From positions 23,872,001 through 23,936,000 of the forward strand of contig CM075987.1 in assembly GCA_038087875.1 (NCBI GenBank): a stretch of 64,000 nucleotides of DNA, given 5' to 3'. This DNA comes from Malacoraja senta (Eukaryota). The notes beneath the pieces are model-generated. The model searched no databases. It was not told the origin of the DNA and saw nothing but the letters and a program-made list of their open reading frames with translations. How positions within the stretch are numbered: position 1 is the first letter of the stretch; every line of letters begins with the position of its first letter. This document shows positions 13,355-25,852 of this stretch, one piece after another. A program made the position numbers and the translations under genes.

Positions 13355-13590
13355 GGCTTTAAGGAAAATGGCCAGAGTTCAGGGTTCTGATCAAATTATT
13401 CCTCAGCCTCTGGGCAAACACATTTCAGCATTGAGTAATCCCATTACACCCGCTCATCATCAGTTAAGCGAAGGAGACGAGCTGCCCTTTGTTCATTTTA
13501 ACTTTACATTTATCTGGTTATGAAGTCCATTCAATGCCCCACCTGTCATTTCCAAATTAGCTTCAGTGAAATTATTCAATGACGTGATTC
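13355..13590 (-). promoter_or_regulatory. Putative DBH proximal promoter with paired-type homeodomain P3 sites and a CRE-like site
   Basis: TGATCAAATTA 13388-13398, TAATCCCATTA 13436-13446 and TGACGTGA 13580-13587, directly upstream of the start codon. Confidence 0.55.
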
Positions 13591-14667
13591 TTTGCTACCT
13601 TTGCATTCTTCCCTGTCCAACCTACATTGTCTCGTTCTCTGCATTCCTCATTCTTCATCTCATCCCTTGTACGATTGTGGGACCCATGGTCAACTTCTTA
13701 AAAATTCTGAAGGGATTGGACAGGTTAGATGCAGGATAAATGTTCCCGATGTTGGGGGGAGTCCAGATCCAGGGGTCACAGTTTAAGAATAAGGGGTAGG
13801 CCATTTAGGACTGAGATGAGAAAATACTTTTCCACCCAGAGAGTTGTGAATCTGTGGAATTCTCTGCCACAGAAGGCAGTGGAGGCCAATTCACTGGATG
13901 TTTTCAAGAGAGAGTTAGATATAGCTCTCAGGGCTAATGGAATCAAGGGATATGGGGAAAAATCCGGAACGGGGTACTGAATTTGGATGATCAGCCTTGA
14001 TCATATTGAATGGCGGTGCTGGCTCAAAGGGCCGAATGGCCTACTCCTGCAACTATTTTCTATGTGTCTATGTCAGGTACTTTCATCAGTCAGACCATTG
14101 AGTATAGAAGTTGGGAGGTTATGTTGCAGTTGTATAAGACATTGCTGAAACCGCATTTAGAGTATATGGGCACCATGTTATAGGAAAGATGTTGTCAAGC
14201 TGGAAAGGGTACAAAGAGGATTTCCGAGGTAGTTGCCAGGACTCAAGGCCCTGAGCTATAGGGAGAGGTTGAGCTGGCTGGGATTCTATTCCTTGGAGCG
14301 CAGGAGGATGAGGGGTGATCTTTTAGCTCCGTACAAAGTCATGAGAGAAATAGATCGGTCGACACACGGAGTCTCTTGCCCAGAGTAGGGGAATCGAGAA
14401 CCAGAGGACATAGGTTTAAGGTGAAGGGTGGGAAAGACCCAGAAAAAGACACAAATAACAAATTAGACATAAATTACACATAAAATTATAAAATATAAAA
14501 GACAAAAATAGTTGCAAAACAAAACAAGACATAAGTGGAAAAACATAAATATTCTAAAAAGTCCATAGAGGTGCAGGAAATAGTGTTTTGATTTTGTGGT
14601 ATGGTTAGGGTCGTGCAGTAATAATAAGTCTGAAGAAAGGGCCTGGCCCAAACCTTCACTTATCCAT

Positions 14668-16197
14668 AGGTACACAAAAATGCTGGAGAAACTCAGCGGG
14701 TGCAGCAGCATCTATGGAGCGAAGGAAATAGGCAACGTTTCGGGCCGAAACCCTTCTTCAGACTGATGGGGAGTGGGGAGAAGAAATGAAAAAGGCGGAG
14801 GAGGAGCCCGAGGGCTGAGGAAGGGGAGGAGACAGCAAGGGCTAGCAAAATTGGAAGAATTCAATGTTCATGCCCCCAGGATGCAGACTCCCCAAGCGGA
14901 ATATGAGGTGCTGTTCCTCCAATTTCCGGTGTTGCTCGCTCTGGCCATGGAGGAGGCCCAGGACAGAGAGGTCGAATACGGAATGGGAGGGGGAGTTGAA
15001 GTGCCTTGGGTATTAGAAAGGCGCTATATAAATCCAATCCATTATTATTAAGTGCTGAGCCACCGGGAGGTCAGGTTGGTTATTGCGGACCGAGCGGAGG
15101 TGTTCGGCGAAACGATCGCCAAGCCTCCGCTTGGTCTCACCGATTTAGATTAGCTGACATCTAGAGCAGCGGATGCAATAGATGAGGTTGGAGGAGATGC
15201 AGGTGAACCTCTGTCGCACCTGGAACGACTGCTTGGGTCCTTGAATGGAGTCGAGGGGGGAGGTGAAGGGACAAGTGTTGCATCTCTTGCGGTTGCAAGG
15301 GAAAGTGCCCGGGGAGGGGTGGAACGGGAGGGAAGGGAAGAATTGACAAGGGAGTTACGGAGGGAGCGGTCTTTGCGGAAGGCAGACATGGGGGGAGATG
15401 GGAAGATGTGGCGAGTGGTGGGGTCACGTTGGAGGTGGCGAAACTGACGGAGGATTACTTGTTGTATGTGACATACAAAGACCGCTCCCTCCGTAACTCC
15501 CTTGTCAATTCTTCCCTTCCCTCCCGTACCACCCCCTCCCCGGGCACTTTCCCTTGCAACCGCAAGAGATGCAACACTTGTCCCTTCACCTCCCCCCTCG
15601 ACTCCATTCAAGGACCCAAGCAATCGTTCCAGGTGCGACAGAGGTTCACCTGCATCTCCTCCAACCTCATCTATTGCATCCGCTGCTCTAGATGTCAGCT
15701 GATCTACATCGGTGAGACCTAGCGGAGGCTTGGCGATCGTTTCGCCGAACACCTCCGCTCGGTCCGCTCTAACCAACCTGACCTCCCGGTGGCTCAGCAC
15801 TTCAACTCCCCCTCCCATTCTGTATCCGACCTCTCTGTCCTGGGTCTCCTCCATGGCCAAAGCGAGCAACACCGGAAATTGGAGGAACAGCACCTCATAT
15901 TCCGCTTGGGGAGTCTGCATCCTGGGGGCATGAACATTGAATTCTCCCAATTTTGCTAGCCCTTGCTGTCTCCTTCCCTTCTTCAGCCCTCGGGCTGTTT
16001 CCTCCCATCCCTCAGTCCTCGGGCTCCTCCTCCGCCTTTTTCCTTTCTTCTCCCCACCCCCCATCAGTCTAAAGAAGGGTTTCGGCCCGAAACGTTGCCT
16101 ATTTCCTTCGCTCCATAGATGCTGCTGCACCCGCTGAGTTTCTCCAGCATTTTTGTGTACCTTCAATTTTCCAGCATCTGCAGTTCCCTCTTAAACA
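14668..16197. mobile_element. Penelope-like element, inverted-duplicated (GIY-YIG endonuclease plus terminal repeat in both arms)
   Basis: CNRKRCNTC...SNLIYCIRCSRCQLIYIGET.RRLGDRFAEH...VAQHFN. Arms 14668-~15470 (-) and ~15478-16197 (+). 14-bp TSD CTTCACTTATCCAT at 14654-14667 / 16198-16211. Confidence 0.9.
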
Positions 16198-18126
16198 CTT
16201 CACTTATCCATGTTCTCCAGAGATGCTGCCTGACCCGCTGAGTTACTCCAGCACTTGTGTCTTTCTTAGGATTGTGTCGGTTGGTTGAGGAACCTTATCA
16301 CAGAGTCATGGAGTCATATAGTGTGGAAACAGGCCCTTTGGCCCAACTTTCCCACATCGACCAACACGCCCCATCTACACTGGTCCCATTTGCCTGCGCT
16401 TGGCCCATATCCCTCCAAACCTGTCCTGTCCAAGTACCTGTCTAATTGCTTCTTAGGCGTTGCGATAGTCCCTGCCTCAACTACCTCCTCCAGCAGCTCA
16501 TTCCATATGTCCACCACCTATTGTGTGAAAAAGTGACCCCTCAGATCCCTATTAAATCTTTCCCCCTTCACCTTAAACCTATATGCCTTCTGGTTCTCGA
16601 TTCCCCTACTCTGGGCAAGAGACTCTGTGCGTCTACCCGATCAATTCCTGTAGTTGCAGGAAAGCAGTTGTCCCTAAACCACTGCCAGGTGGTGAAGTTG
16701 GCGTATTAGCAGATAATGAGACTGCTCCCATTCATAGATAGTGAGACAGGACCCAATGCAAAACAGTGGGGAGATTGTCACGGGCAGATTGTAGCATTTG
16801 ACTCATTGCTAGACGTGAAGCCAGTTCCAATGTGAAGCCAGTATGAAGGGAGAAAAACCTGAGTCTCTGAGCCATCAGATTGAGTCTTTTTAGCATTTCA
16901 CAAACACCCACCTTATTCTCATCACCTAGCAACAGAAGCCTGATCCTCAATCAAACTGAATTATATACAATCAAAGAAGATCAGAGCGGCTGCAGTGGTG
17001 AGCCCATCAAAAACTGGCCAAAACATTCTGTATGTGTGTTAATGAATGTTTAATGTGTAATATATGTGCCTTCAAACTGTAATCGATACAAAATATGTGC
17101 GCGATCTGTAATGTTTGTGTCGGCTCTATGTCAGCTTAGTTTGTAACGTATGTAGGTTTAATCTCCACAGTAACCATGGGTTAATGCATATTATATGCAC
17201 AATATATATAATGCGTGCTTAGCTTAACAATGTTTGCTGTGTAATGTATACATGTTTCCATGTAACTATTGTGAGTGGGTAATGTGTAATGTGTGTGTGT
17301 GGTGTATGTGTTTTATCTACACAATGTGTTCATCATATGTAATGCGAGTATATAAAGTATGGTTAATGGTTATATATATATCCACTTTACTGACTGGGAG
17401 AGAGAGAGAGAAGAATGATCCAGCTTGTTATAAACCAGTTAGTAGTCCAGCCTGATGTGGACAAACTTTTAGAATCCATCATCTGATATACATTAATTGA
17501 ATCATTTAATCAAGGCTGAGAGCAAATTGACCAAAGGCAGGCTATATTTGACAAGTTTAATAGAGCTTATTGAAGATGTGACTTGTTGTCAATACGAAGG
17601 ACTGAAGCTGGTGTGTTTGGCTATTCTGAGATTTTACTGCAAATCAAGCACAGAGTGGCTAATCCAGCCCAGATCTCTTACTGCCTTAAGGCACTCCCAC
17701 GCGCAGGGTCGACCCACTTGATCGCAGATCCATTAGGTCTTTCCGCCCCCTCTTAAACGCTGTCTATATTGAATTAGGAGACATGCCGGACAAATGATCA
17801 ATGTGTGGTCTATTGACATGGGAGCAGGAAATCGCATTATCTCAGTAAATGTATAAAATTGAAAGGAAGGGAACAATCTCATGTTCTTCGCCCACCCTCT
17901 CCGCCCATCCCCCACCACCCTAAATCATTTTCTCCATGCCCAATAGACCAATAATTTCCTCGGAGAGGCAAAAATCTTTGTTAGACGCTCCCTCCATCTT
18001 ACCCTGGTGATGGAAACCAATGGACGTGGCCATCAGGACTGGGTGTGGTCCACACCTTCTGTTTGAACATATCTTTTTCTTAAGGATGTTCAGAGTCCAA
18101 TGGTGAGTTCAAGGTTTCTTTATTTT

Positions 18127-18425
18127 GGTGGCGCAGCGGCAGAGTTGTTGGTTCACAGCGCCAGAGACCCGGGTTCGATCCTGACTGCGGGTGCTACCTG
18201 TACGGAGATTGTTCTCCCCGTGACCGCGTGGGTTTTCTCCGGGTGCTCCGGTTTCCTCCCACATTCCAAAAGACGTACAGGTTTGCAGGTTAAGTGGCTT
18301 CGGTAAAATTGTAAATTGTCCCTAGTGTGTAGGATGGTGTTAGTGTGCGGGGATCGCTGGTCGGTGCGGACTCGGTGGGCTGAAGAACCTGTTTCCGCGC
18401 TGTATCTCTAAACTAAACTAAACTA
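18127..18425 (+). mobile_element. V-SINE (HE1-like)
   Basis: Full length with an (ACTAA)n tail. Confidence 0.88.
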
Positions 18426-18657
18426 GACAATTCCAGAATTTGACTATCTCTGCTGTTTCCCTCTTTTACTGACCTAAATCTACTAACCTGAGGCATGTCT
18501 CTTTGAAGGAGGCCAATTGGCATTGCCTCATTTGTCCCAATAATTAGCTAGGTATCTCAATTCCTTTGTTCACTTATTGACTTCGTTTTTGCCGATTCTA
18601 ACTGGTTCACACTCCTGGATGGACTTGGGTTCTTTGTCCTTGGGCTCAGGTTACTTC

Positions 18658-18968
18658 AGTTTAGTTTAGTTTAGATGTACAGTGCAGAAACAGGCCCTTC
18701 AGCCCACCAAGTCTGTGCCGACCAGCGATGACCGCACATCAACTTTATCCTACACACACCAGGGACAGTTTACAATTGCACCGAAGCCAAAAAGCGACAA
18801 ACCTGTACGTCTTTAGAATGTGGGAGGAAAGCGGAGATCCCGGAGAAAACTCACGCAGGTCACGGGGAGAATGTGCAAACTCCGTACAGACAGCACCCGT
18901 AGTCAGGATCGAACCTGGGTCTCTGGCTTTGTAAAGCAGCAACTCTACCGCTGCGCCTCCGTGCCGCC
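18658..18968 (-). mobile_element. V-SINE (HE1-like)
   Basis: Full length. Further copies at about 5400-5660, 11212-11497, 20735-21030, 25083-25380, 30144-30452, 40252-40555, 40783-41405, 43943-44450, 54490-54782, 55823-56112, 56565-56853 and 62232-62500. Confidence 0.88.
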
Positions 18969-19305
18969 CAGTTCATAGACTGTTCCTTTCAAGGGGACGG
19001 CAGCTTCTACAGACTCACTCCAGCAATTCTCTCCCATCGTACCTTCTGTACGATGCAGTTTCTGTGTCGGCAGCTCTGTCTTGAAGTTAGAAGTTTAGCC
19101 CCTTTCGCTCAGAGCATTAAGAATTGATCCCAGTTTTCTTGGGAAACTAAGATCGAACCAATACCCATCGTATAACCTTCAGGTCTATACAAAATATGTG
19201 CACAAATTATGCTATTTCAGGTCTTTCCCTATCTGTGGCATGGAGTAATCCCTCACTGTTAGAATCCATCGGACAGAATGCGTGATCCTCCCCCCCCTCT
19301 ACTTT

Positions 19306-19340
19306 CAGTCTGAAGAAGGGTCTCGACCCGAAACGTCACC
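19306..19340 (+). ncRNA. Minimal hammerhead ribozyme motif in a Penelope terminus (best of about 20 copies)
   Basis: CUGAAGA-A-GGGU(CUCG)ACCC-GAAAC-GUC; other copies have GGGU(UUCG)GCCC. Confidence 0.65.
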
Positions 19341-19707
19341 CATCGTTTATCTCCAGAGAGGCAGCCTGATCCATTGAGTTACTCCAGGACTTTGTGTCTT
19401 GCCTTCGGTATAAATCAGCATCTGCAGTTCCTTTCGACACATGCATGATTTTTAAATTTGAGGCTATATGACATTTACACACCATCTCTTGTTACTCCAT
19501 GGACTTCAATCCCTAGAGCCTAACTTGGGATTGACTCCAATACCCTGAAGATGTGGGGGGGGAAGTACATTGGCCAGATTGTTACAACAGATGGTATTGG
19601 AATGGGAGAAACAAAGAACTGCAGGTGCTGGTTAATACATAGAAGGACACAAAGTGCTGGAGTAATTCAGTGGGTCAGGGTGCCTCCCTGCAGAACAAGG
19701 ATAGATG

Positions 19708-19892
19708 TTCAAGAAGGAACTGCAGATGCTGGAAAATCGAAGTTAGACAAAATTGCTGGAGAAACTCAGCGGGTGCGGCAGCATCTATGGAGCGAAGGAA
19801 ATAGGCAACGTTTCGGCCCGAAACGTTGCCTATTTCCTTCGCTCCATAGATGCTGCCGCACCCGCTGAGTTTCTCCAGCAATTTTGTCTACA
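19708..19892. mobile_element. Fold-back mini-Penelope
   Basis: Near-perfect palindrome centred at ~19816; 14-bp TSD AACAAGGATAGATG. Confidence 0.85.
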
Positions 19893-21362
19893 AACAAGGA
19901 TAGATGATGTTTCGGGTCGAGGACCTTCTCCTATTGGAATTGGTATCAGTTTATTGTAGCCTCATATACAGAGATACAGTTATAACCTTTGTAGCAAATG
20001 GATACCTGTCCATTTCAACCTCTCTTCAACACCATTATTGCCAAAGGAATATTGTTTCCCCAGTGTCTCGAGGAAAGAATGTATTTGTTGACGCAGAGAT
20101 AAGTGAAGTATTATAATAATGAAACGTTAAGACAAACTCTAATAGACAATTTATATTTTCACATAGCCCGTATCATTTGAATTTGACTGTAAAGTAATGA
20201 TGTATGTTTAATGATGAAGCAGACAAGGTTTGGCTGATGATTAAATTGCTGCTGTTACACTGACTAAGTGTCACAGACATGACCCGATTCTCACCTTCCC
20301 TGTTCTGCAGAGCAGGATTCAAGATCACATTGAAAACTGAGAGCTTTATTCTCCACTTGCATTAAATCACATCAGGATCTAATATCACAGTCTCTCTCAG
20401 CACGGAACCCAATCACTTGATAAAGGTCTTTCCGTATCCTCCCAGTTCATTCAATGTTCTGCAACTCCCCCAATAATTTGATTTCCTTCACTATTCCACT
20501 TATTCGTTTTTGATAATTTAATCTATCTCAGACGGCTGGCTATTAGAGGAGACGTTTCAACAAGCATAGAGTGGGCTCAGGGATCAGGCGAATCCATGCA
20601 GCTTTTATGAAAACAGGGAATAGAAATCAGGAGCCAGCGGAAGGAAGCTTCATTGAAGGGTGGCGCAATGGTACAGCGAGTAGTTCTGCTGCCACAGGAG
20701 TCTAAAGACTTGGTTCAATACTGATTTCAGGTGCTTTAGTTTAGTTTCGAGATACAGCGCGGAAACAGGCCCTTCGGCCCACCGGGTCTGCACCGACCAG
20801 CGATCCCCGCACATTAACACTATCCTACACACACTGGGGACAATTTTACATTTATACCAAGCCAATTAACCTACAAACCTGTGTGTCTTTGGAGTGTGGG
20901 AGGAAACCGGAGCACCCCCTAGAAAACACATGCAGGTCACGGGGAGAACGTACAAACTCCGTACAGACAGCACCCGTGGTCAGGTTTCTGGTGCTGGAAG
21001 GCAGCAACTCTACTGCTGCGCCACCGTGCTGCCCTCTGGTGCTGTTTGCATAACTCCCTGCGACCGCGTGTGTTTCCCCCGCTTGTTTGTTTGGTAGTTT
21101 AGAGACACAGTGCGGAAACAGGCCCTTCAGCCCACCGAGTCCGCACCGACAGACATTACATTTATACCAAGCCAATTAACCTACAAACCTGAATGCCTTT
21201 GGAGTGTAGGAGGGAATTGAAGATCTGGAGAAAACCCACACGAGTTACGGGGAGAATGTACAAACTCCGTACAGCCAGCACACTCTCCATGTATCCAGCC
21301 TTAAATGTCCTTAAAGATGTTGTAATTTCCAATGACATTTCTCTTCATTCTTCGAAACTCTG

Positions 21363-22030
21363 TCAAGTCAAGTCAAGTCACATTTATTTATATAGCACAT
21401 TTAAAAAACAACTCTCGTTGGCCAAAGTGCTTTACATTTGTTATAAGAATAGTATAAACAAACAAACTACATACATATAGCCCTCGCTCAGAGGACGTCA
21501 AGAAAGGCTTGGGAGTATAGATACGTTTTTAGTCTTGACTTAAAGGAGTCGATGGAGGGGGCAGTTCTGATGGGAAGGGGGATGCTGTTCCACAGTCTAG
21601 GAGCTGCAACCGCAAAGGCGCGGTCGCCCCTGAGCTTATGCCTAGACCGTGGGGTATTCAGCAACCCCAAGTCAGCCGATCTGAGGGGCCTGGAGGTAGA
21701 GTGGTGGGTGAGAAGACTTATGATGTAGGTGGGGGCAAGCCCATTGAGGGCTTTGTAGACATAGAGGAGGATCTTGAAATGTATACGGAACCGCACAGGG
21801 AGCCAGTGGAGAGAGGCCAGGATCGGGGTGATGTGGTCCCTTTTTCGGGTGCCCGTCAGGAGTCTCGCTGCAGCGTTTTGGACGAGTTGCAGGCGGGACA
21901 GGGAAGATTGGCTGATGCCAGTGTAAAGGGAGTTGCAGTAATCTAGGCGGGAGGAGATAAATGTGTGGATGATCTTTTCGAGGTCATCAAAGTGGAGGAA
22001 TTGTTTTATTTTAGCTATCGTCCGAAGCTA
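21363..22030 (-). mobile_element. L2 3' fragment, same family as 51916-53191
   Basis: Nearly identical reverse complement of ~52520-53190. Confidence 0.9.
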
Positions 22031-23465
22031 TCGTCTGTGGCTCCCATCTATGCAACTATCTCTCCTCAAATGGCAACCCCACCATCCCTGGAAATAGATG
22101 AATGAACCTTTGCTGCACTCCATCTCTGGATGGGACAGATCTTGGTCTGACCTGAAATGACAGTCTGGCAGAGACTGGAATGAGATGGAGATAGGCATAG
22201 ACCTGTGGCAAAAGCCACTTTCAATCTGGTGTCTTTGGTGCTGCTAGATTAAGAGTTTAAACAAATGTTCATGAGCAAAATTAGTATGGTAAGGAAACTA
22301 TTTTCCACTAAGGTCATAAGGAATAGGAGTAGAATTAGACCATTCGGCCCATCAAGTCTACACCGCCATTCAATCATGGCTGATCTAACCCCATTCTCCT
22401 GCTTTCGCCCCATAATCTCTGACACCTGTACTAATCAATAATCTATTTATCTCTACCTTAAAAATATCCACTGACTTGGCCTCTACAGCCTTCCGTGGCA
22501 AAGAATTCCACAGATTCACCACCCTCTGACTAGTTCTTATTCTAATCCAGTAAGCAACAAGAGACATGAACAGACCAGCTAAAAGTATATTTTCAAATGT
22601 TATGTTAATTGAGGGTGAGCTGCAACTTATTTTTGTGCGGTTGCCATGGAAATTGTTGTCAAGCACCCTCCTTGGTGCAGGGTGCGTCACTGGTGGAGGA
22701 AGTGTGAACAATCGTGTTCACAGAGTCTGTTTGATACTTGGTCCTCATGCAAGAATTTATGGGAAGTGACGTCTCATTTCCTGCAAATGCCTGTGTCATG
22801 AGCCCGTGATACCCATAAAAGTGCTGGGATCCTTGTATTTCAAAAAAGAGCGGATGTGGAGAGGATGTTTCCACCAGTGGGAGAGTTTAGGACCAGAGGC
22901 CGTAGCCTCAGAATAAAAGGACGCACCTTCAGAAAGGAGATGAGGAGGAATTTCTTTCGTCAGACGGCAATGAATCTGCGGAATTCATTACCCCAGACGG
23001 CTGTGAAGGCCAAGTCATTGAGTGTTTTTGGGGTTGAGAGGAAAAGACAGATCAGCCATGATTGAATGGCAGGGTAGACTTGATGGGCCGAATGGCCTAA
23101 TTTTACTCCTATAACTTATAAACGCCCAAAGAGACCCACATTGAACAGAATATCAACAATGGCATTACAGCACTTCCTGTAGCCATGTTTCATTGGGAAT
23201 GGAGATGGTTGTGGATCGGTTTAGATTTAGGTTTGTTATTGCCACATGTTTTGCTTTGTATGCTATCTAAACAGATCAGATATCACGATGCGACAGATTG
23301 TTGGGAGTATTAACGCTAAGGAACTTGAAACTCTCAACCATTTCCACATCGGCACCAATGATGTACTCCACCATGCTTCCTGAAGTCAATAACTAGCTCC
23401 TTCATCTTGCTGACATTGAAGGCAAGGTTAATGTCTGGACACCATGTCACTACATTCTCTGTCTC

Positions 23466-24320
23466 AATAGACAATAGACAATAGGTGCAGGAGTAGGCCA
23501 TTTGACCCTTCGAGCCAGCACCGCCATTCAATGTGATCATGGCTGATCATCCCCAATCAGTACCCCGTTCCTGCCTTCTCCCCATATCCCCTGACTCCGC
23601 TATTTTTAAGAGCCCTATCTAGCTCTCTCTTGAAAGCATCCAGAGAACCGGCCTCCACCGCCCTCTGAGGCAGAGAATTCCACAGACTCACCACTCTCTG
23701 TGAGAAAAAGTGTTTCCTCGTCTCCGTTCTAAATGGCTTACTCCTTATTCTTAAACTGTGGCCTCTGGTTCTGGACTCCCCCAACATCGGGAACATGTTT
23801 CCTGCCTCTAGCGTGTCCAAACCCTTAACAATCTGATATTGCTCCGGCGTCGGGAGGACTCTCCCGACGCCGAAGGAATATCACCCGGCGAGAACGGCCT
23901 GGAACATCGGGCCTCCGTAGAGGCAACTGTGGAGGCCTCAATGGGCCCGACTATGGGTGAACTGGGGTTGGGGACTGGACTTTGTGCCTTCCCTCATGGT
24001 GGGAGCCATTGTGGGGGAATGTTTTTTGTGTTAAGACTATCTTGGTGTTATGTTTGTATTCTCTTCTTTTGTGTGCTGCATAATGGCAAGAAGCATTTCA
24101 CTTCACTACACCTGGGTGTATGTGAATGTGACTAATAAAAATACATACTTATAGTTATGTTTCAATGAGATATCCTCTCATCCTTCTAAACTCCAGAGTG
24201 TACAAGCCCAGCTGCTCCATTCTCTCAGCATATGACAGTCCCGCCATCCCGGGAATTAACCTTGTAAACCTACGCTGCACTCCCTCAATAGCAAGAATGT
24301 CCTTCCTCAAATTAGGGGAC
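23466..24320 (-). mobile_element. CR1 3' fragment, split by a GC-rich insertion (~23838-24150)
   Basis: CR1 ORF2 C-terminus in ORFs 24155-24478 and 23557-23820; (TATTGTC)n tail. Confidence 0.8.
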
Positions 24321-24479
24321 CTCCTGCCAGTACTCCGTCTCATCATTGTTCGTGATTCAGCGCCCCGCAGGGTGCCAATCTGCAAACTTGTAAATTGAAT
24401 AAGAGTCAAATTTGGCCATGCAGTTGCGAGTGTATGGGGATTATAGTAGGGGACTGAGAACACATCCTTGCCGTACACC

Positions 24480-25080
24480 CGTGTTGAGAGCTATGGAGAA
24501 GGTGTTGTCACCTATCCTCATTGATTGAGGCCTGTGGGTCAGAAAACCAAGGACCCAGAGGCAGAGAGGAGAGCTGATTCCGAGGTCCCAGCGTTTGAAG
24601 ATGTTTGAAAGGGATTATGGTGTTGAAAGCAGAGCTATAGTTGACAAATAGGAATCTAATGTAGGAGTCCTTCTTGTCTGTGTATTCTCCAGATGAGTAT
24701 AGAATAGAATAGAATAGAATGCCTTGTATTGTCATTCAAACAGCTTGAACGAAATTGCATTTCTACAGTCTTAACATTACAAAAAAAACCAAGACCCACA
24801 CTTAACACAATTGACACAAACCAGGGAGTGCCAGGGAGATAGTGTCTGCTGTCGCCCTGTTGCGATGGTAAGCAAACTGCAGTGGATCAAGGTTGGCTGG
24901 GAGGCTTGAGTTAATGCGTGGCATCACCAATCTCTCGAAGCACTTCTTGATGGTGGATGTCAGAGCCACTGAACAGTGGTCATTGAGGCACGTTACCTTA
25001 ATTTTCTGCAGCACAGGCAAGATAGTGGTCTTTTTGAAGCAGGTGGGGACCTGAGAATGGAGTAGTGAGAGGTTATGGAT
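24480..25080 (-). mobile_element. Rex1/Babar-like LINE RT fragment
   Basis: CLNDHCSVALTSTIKKCFERLV...LDPLQFAY...YSSAFNTI. Related 3' ends at about 5935-6235(-), 37815-38150(-), and 51780-51915 plus 53192-53430(+). Confidence 0.7.
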
Positions 25081-25656
25081 GTTTAGTTTAGTTTAGTTTA
25101 GAAATACAGCGCTGAAACAGCCCCTTTGGCCCACCAGTTTGCACTGACCAGCGATCCCCGCACACCAACGCTATCCTCAACACACTAGGGACAATTTACA
25201 TTTATACCAAGCCAATCCACCAACAAATCTGTACATCTTTGGAGTGTGGGAAGATCTCGGAGAAAACCCATGCAGGTCACGGGGAGAACGTACAAACTCC
25301 ATACAGACAAGCACCCGTAGTCGGGATCGAACCCGGGTCTCTGGCGCTGTAAGGATGTAACTCTCTACCGCTGTGCCTCCTCTGCCAGCTGATCTGCCAG
25401 CTGTCCCTGAGAATGTGGCCAGGGACTCCATCCAGACCAGTTGCTTTCCGCAGATTCCCTCTCAGTGAATGGCATATAGAGGATAGATTATAGTGTACAG
25501 AGATCTGATTCTTTGGATTCAACACTTTTTCCCTGTGGAGCAATTGACTCTGTGGGTGAATAATTGGAAAATCAGAGTGAATGGTGTTTTGCAATTGTAA
25601 ATGCAGCCTGTAGGGTTGGGGGAATCTGAGCTGTAACAATTGCATTAAAGTTGTAG

Positions 25657-25852
25657 GTAGAAAGGAACTTCACGTGCTGGTTTCTCCTGAAGATAGACGC
25701 AAAATGCTGGGGTAACTCAGCGGGTCAGGCAGCATCTCTGGAGAAAAAGGGTGGGTGACGTTTCGGGTCGGGACACAAAATGTCACCCATCCTTTCTCTC
25801 CAGAGATGCTGCCTGACCCGCTGAGTTACTCCAGCATTTTGTGACTATCTTC
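25657..25852. mobile_element. Fold-back mini-Penelope
   Basis: Inverted terminal repeats; 16-bp TSD TGCATTAAAGTTGTAG. Confidence 0.85.

Noticed and set aside
15150..16166. 338-aa ORF as a host gene
   Set aside because: Antisense read-through across the Penelope palindrome
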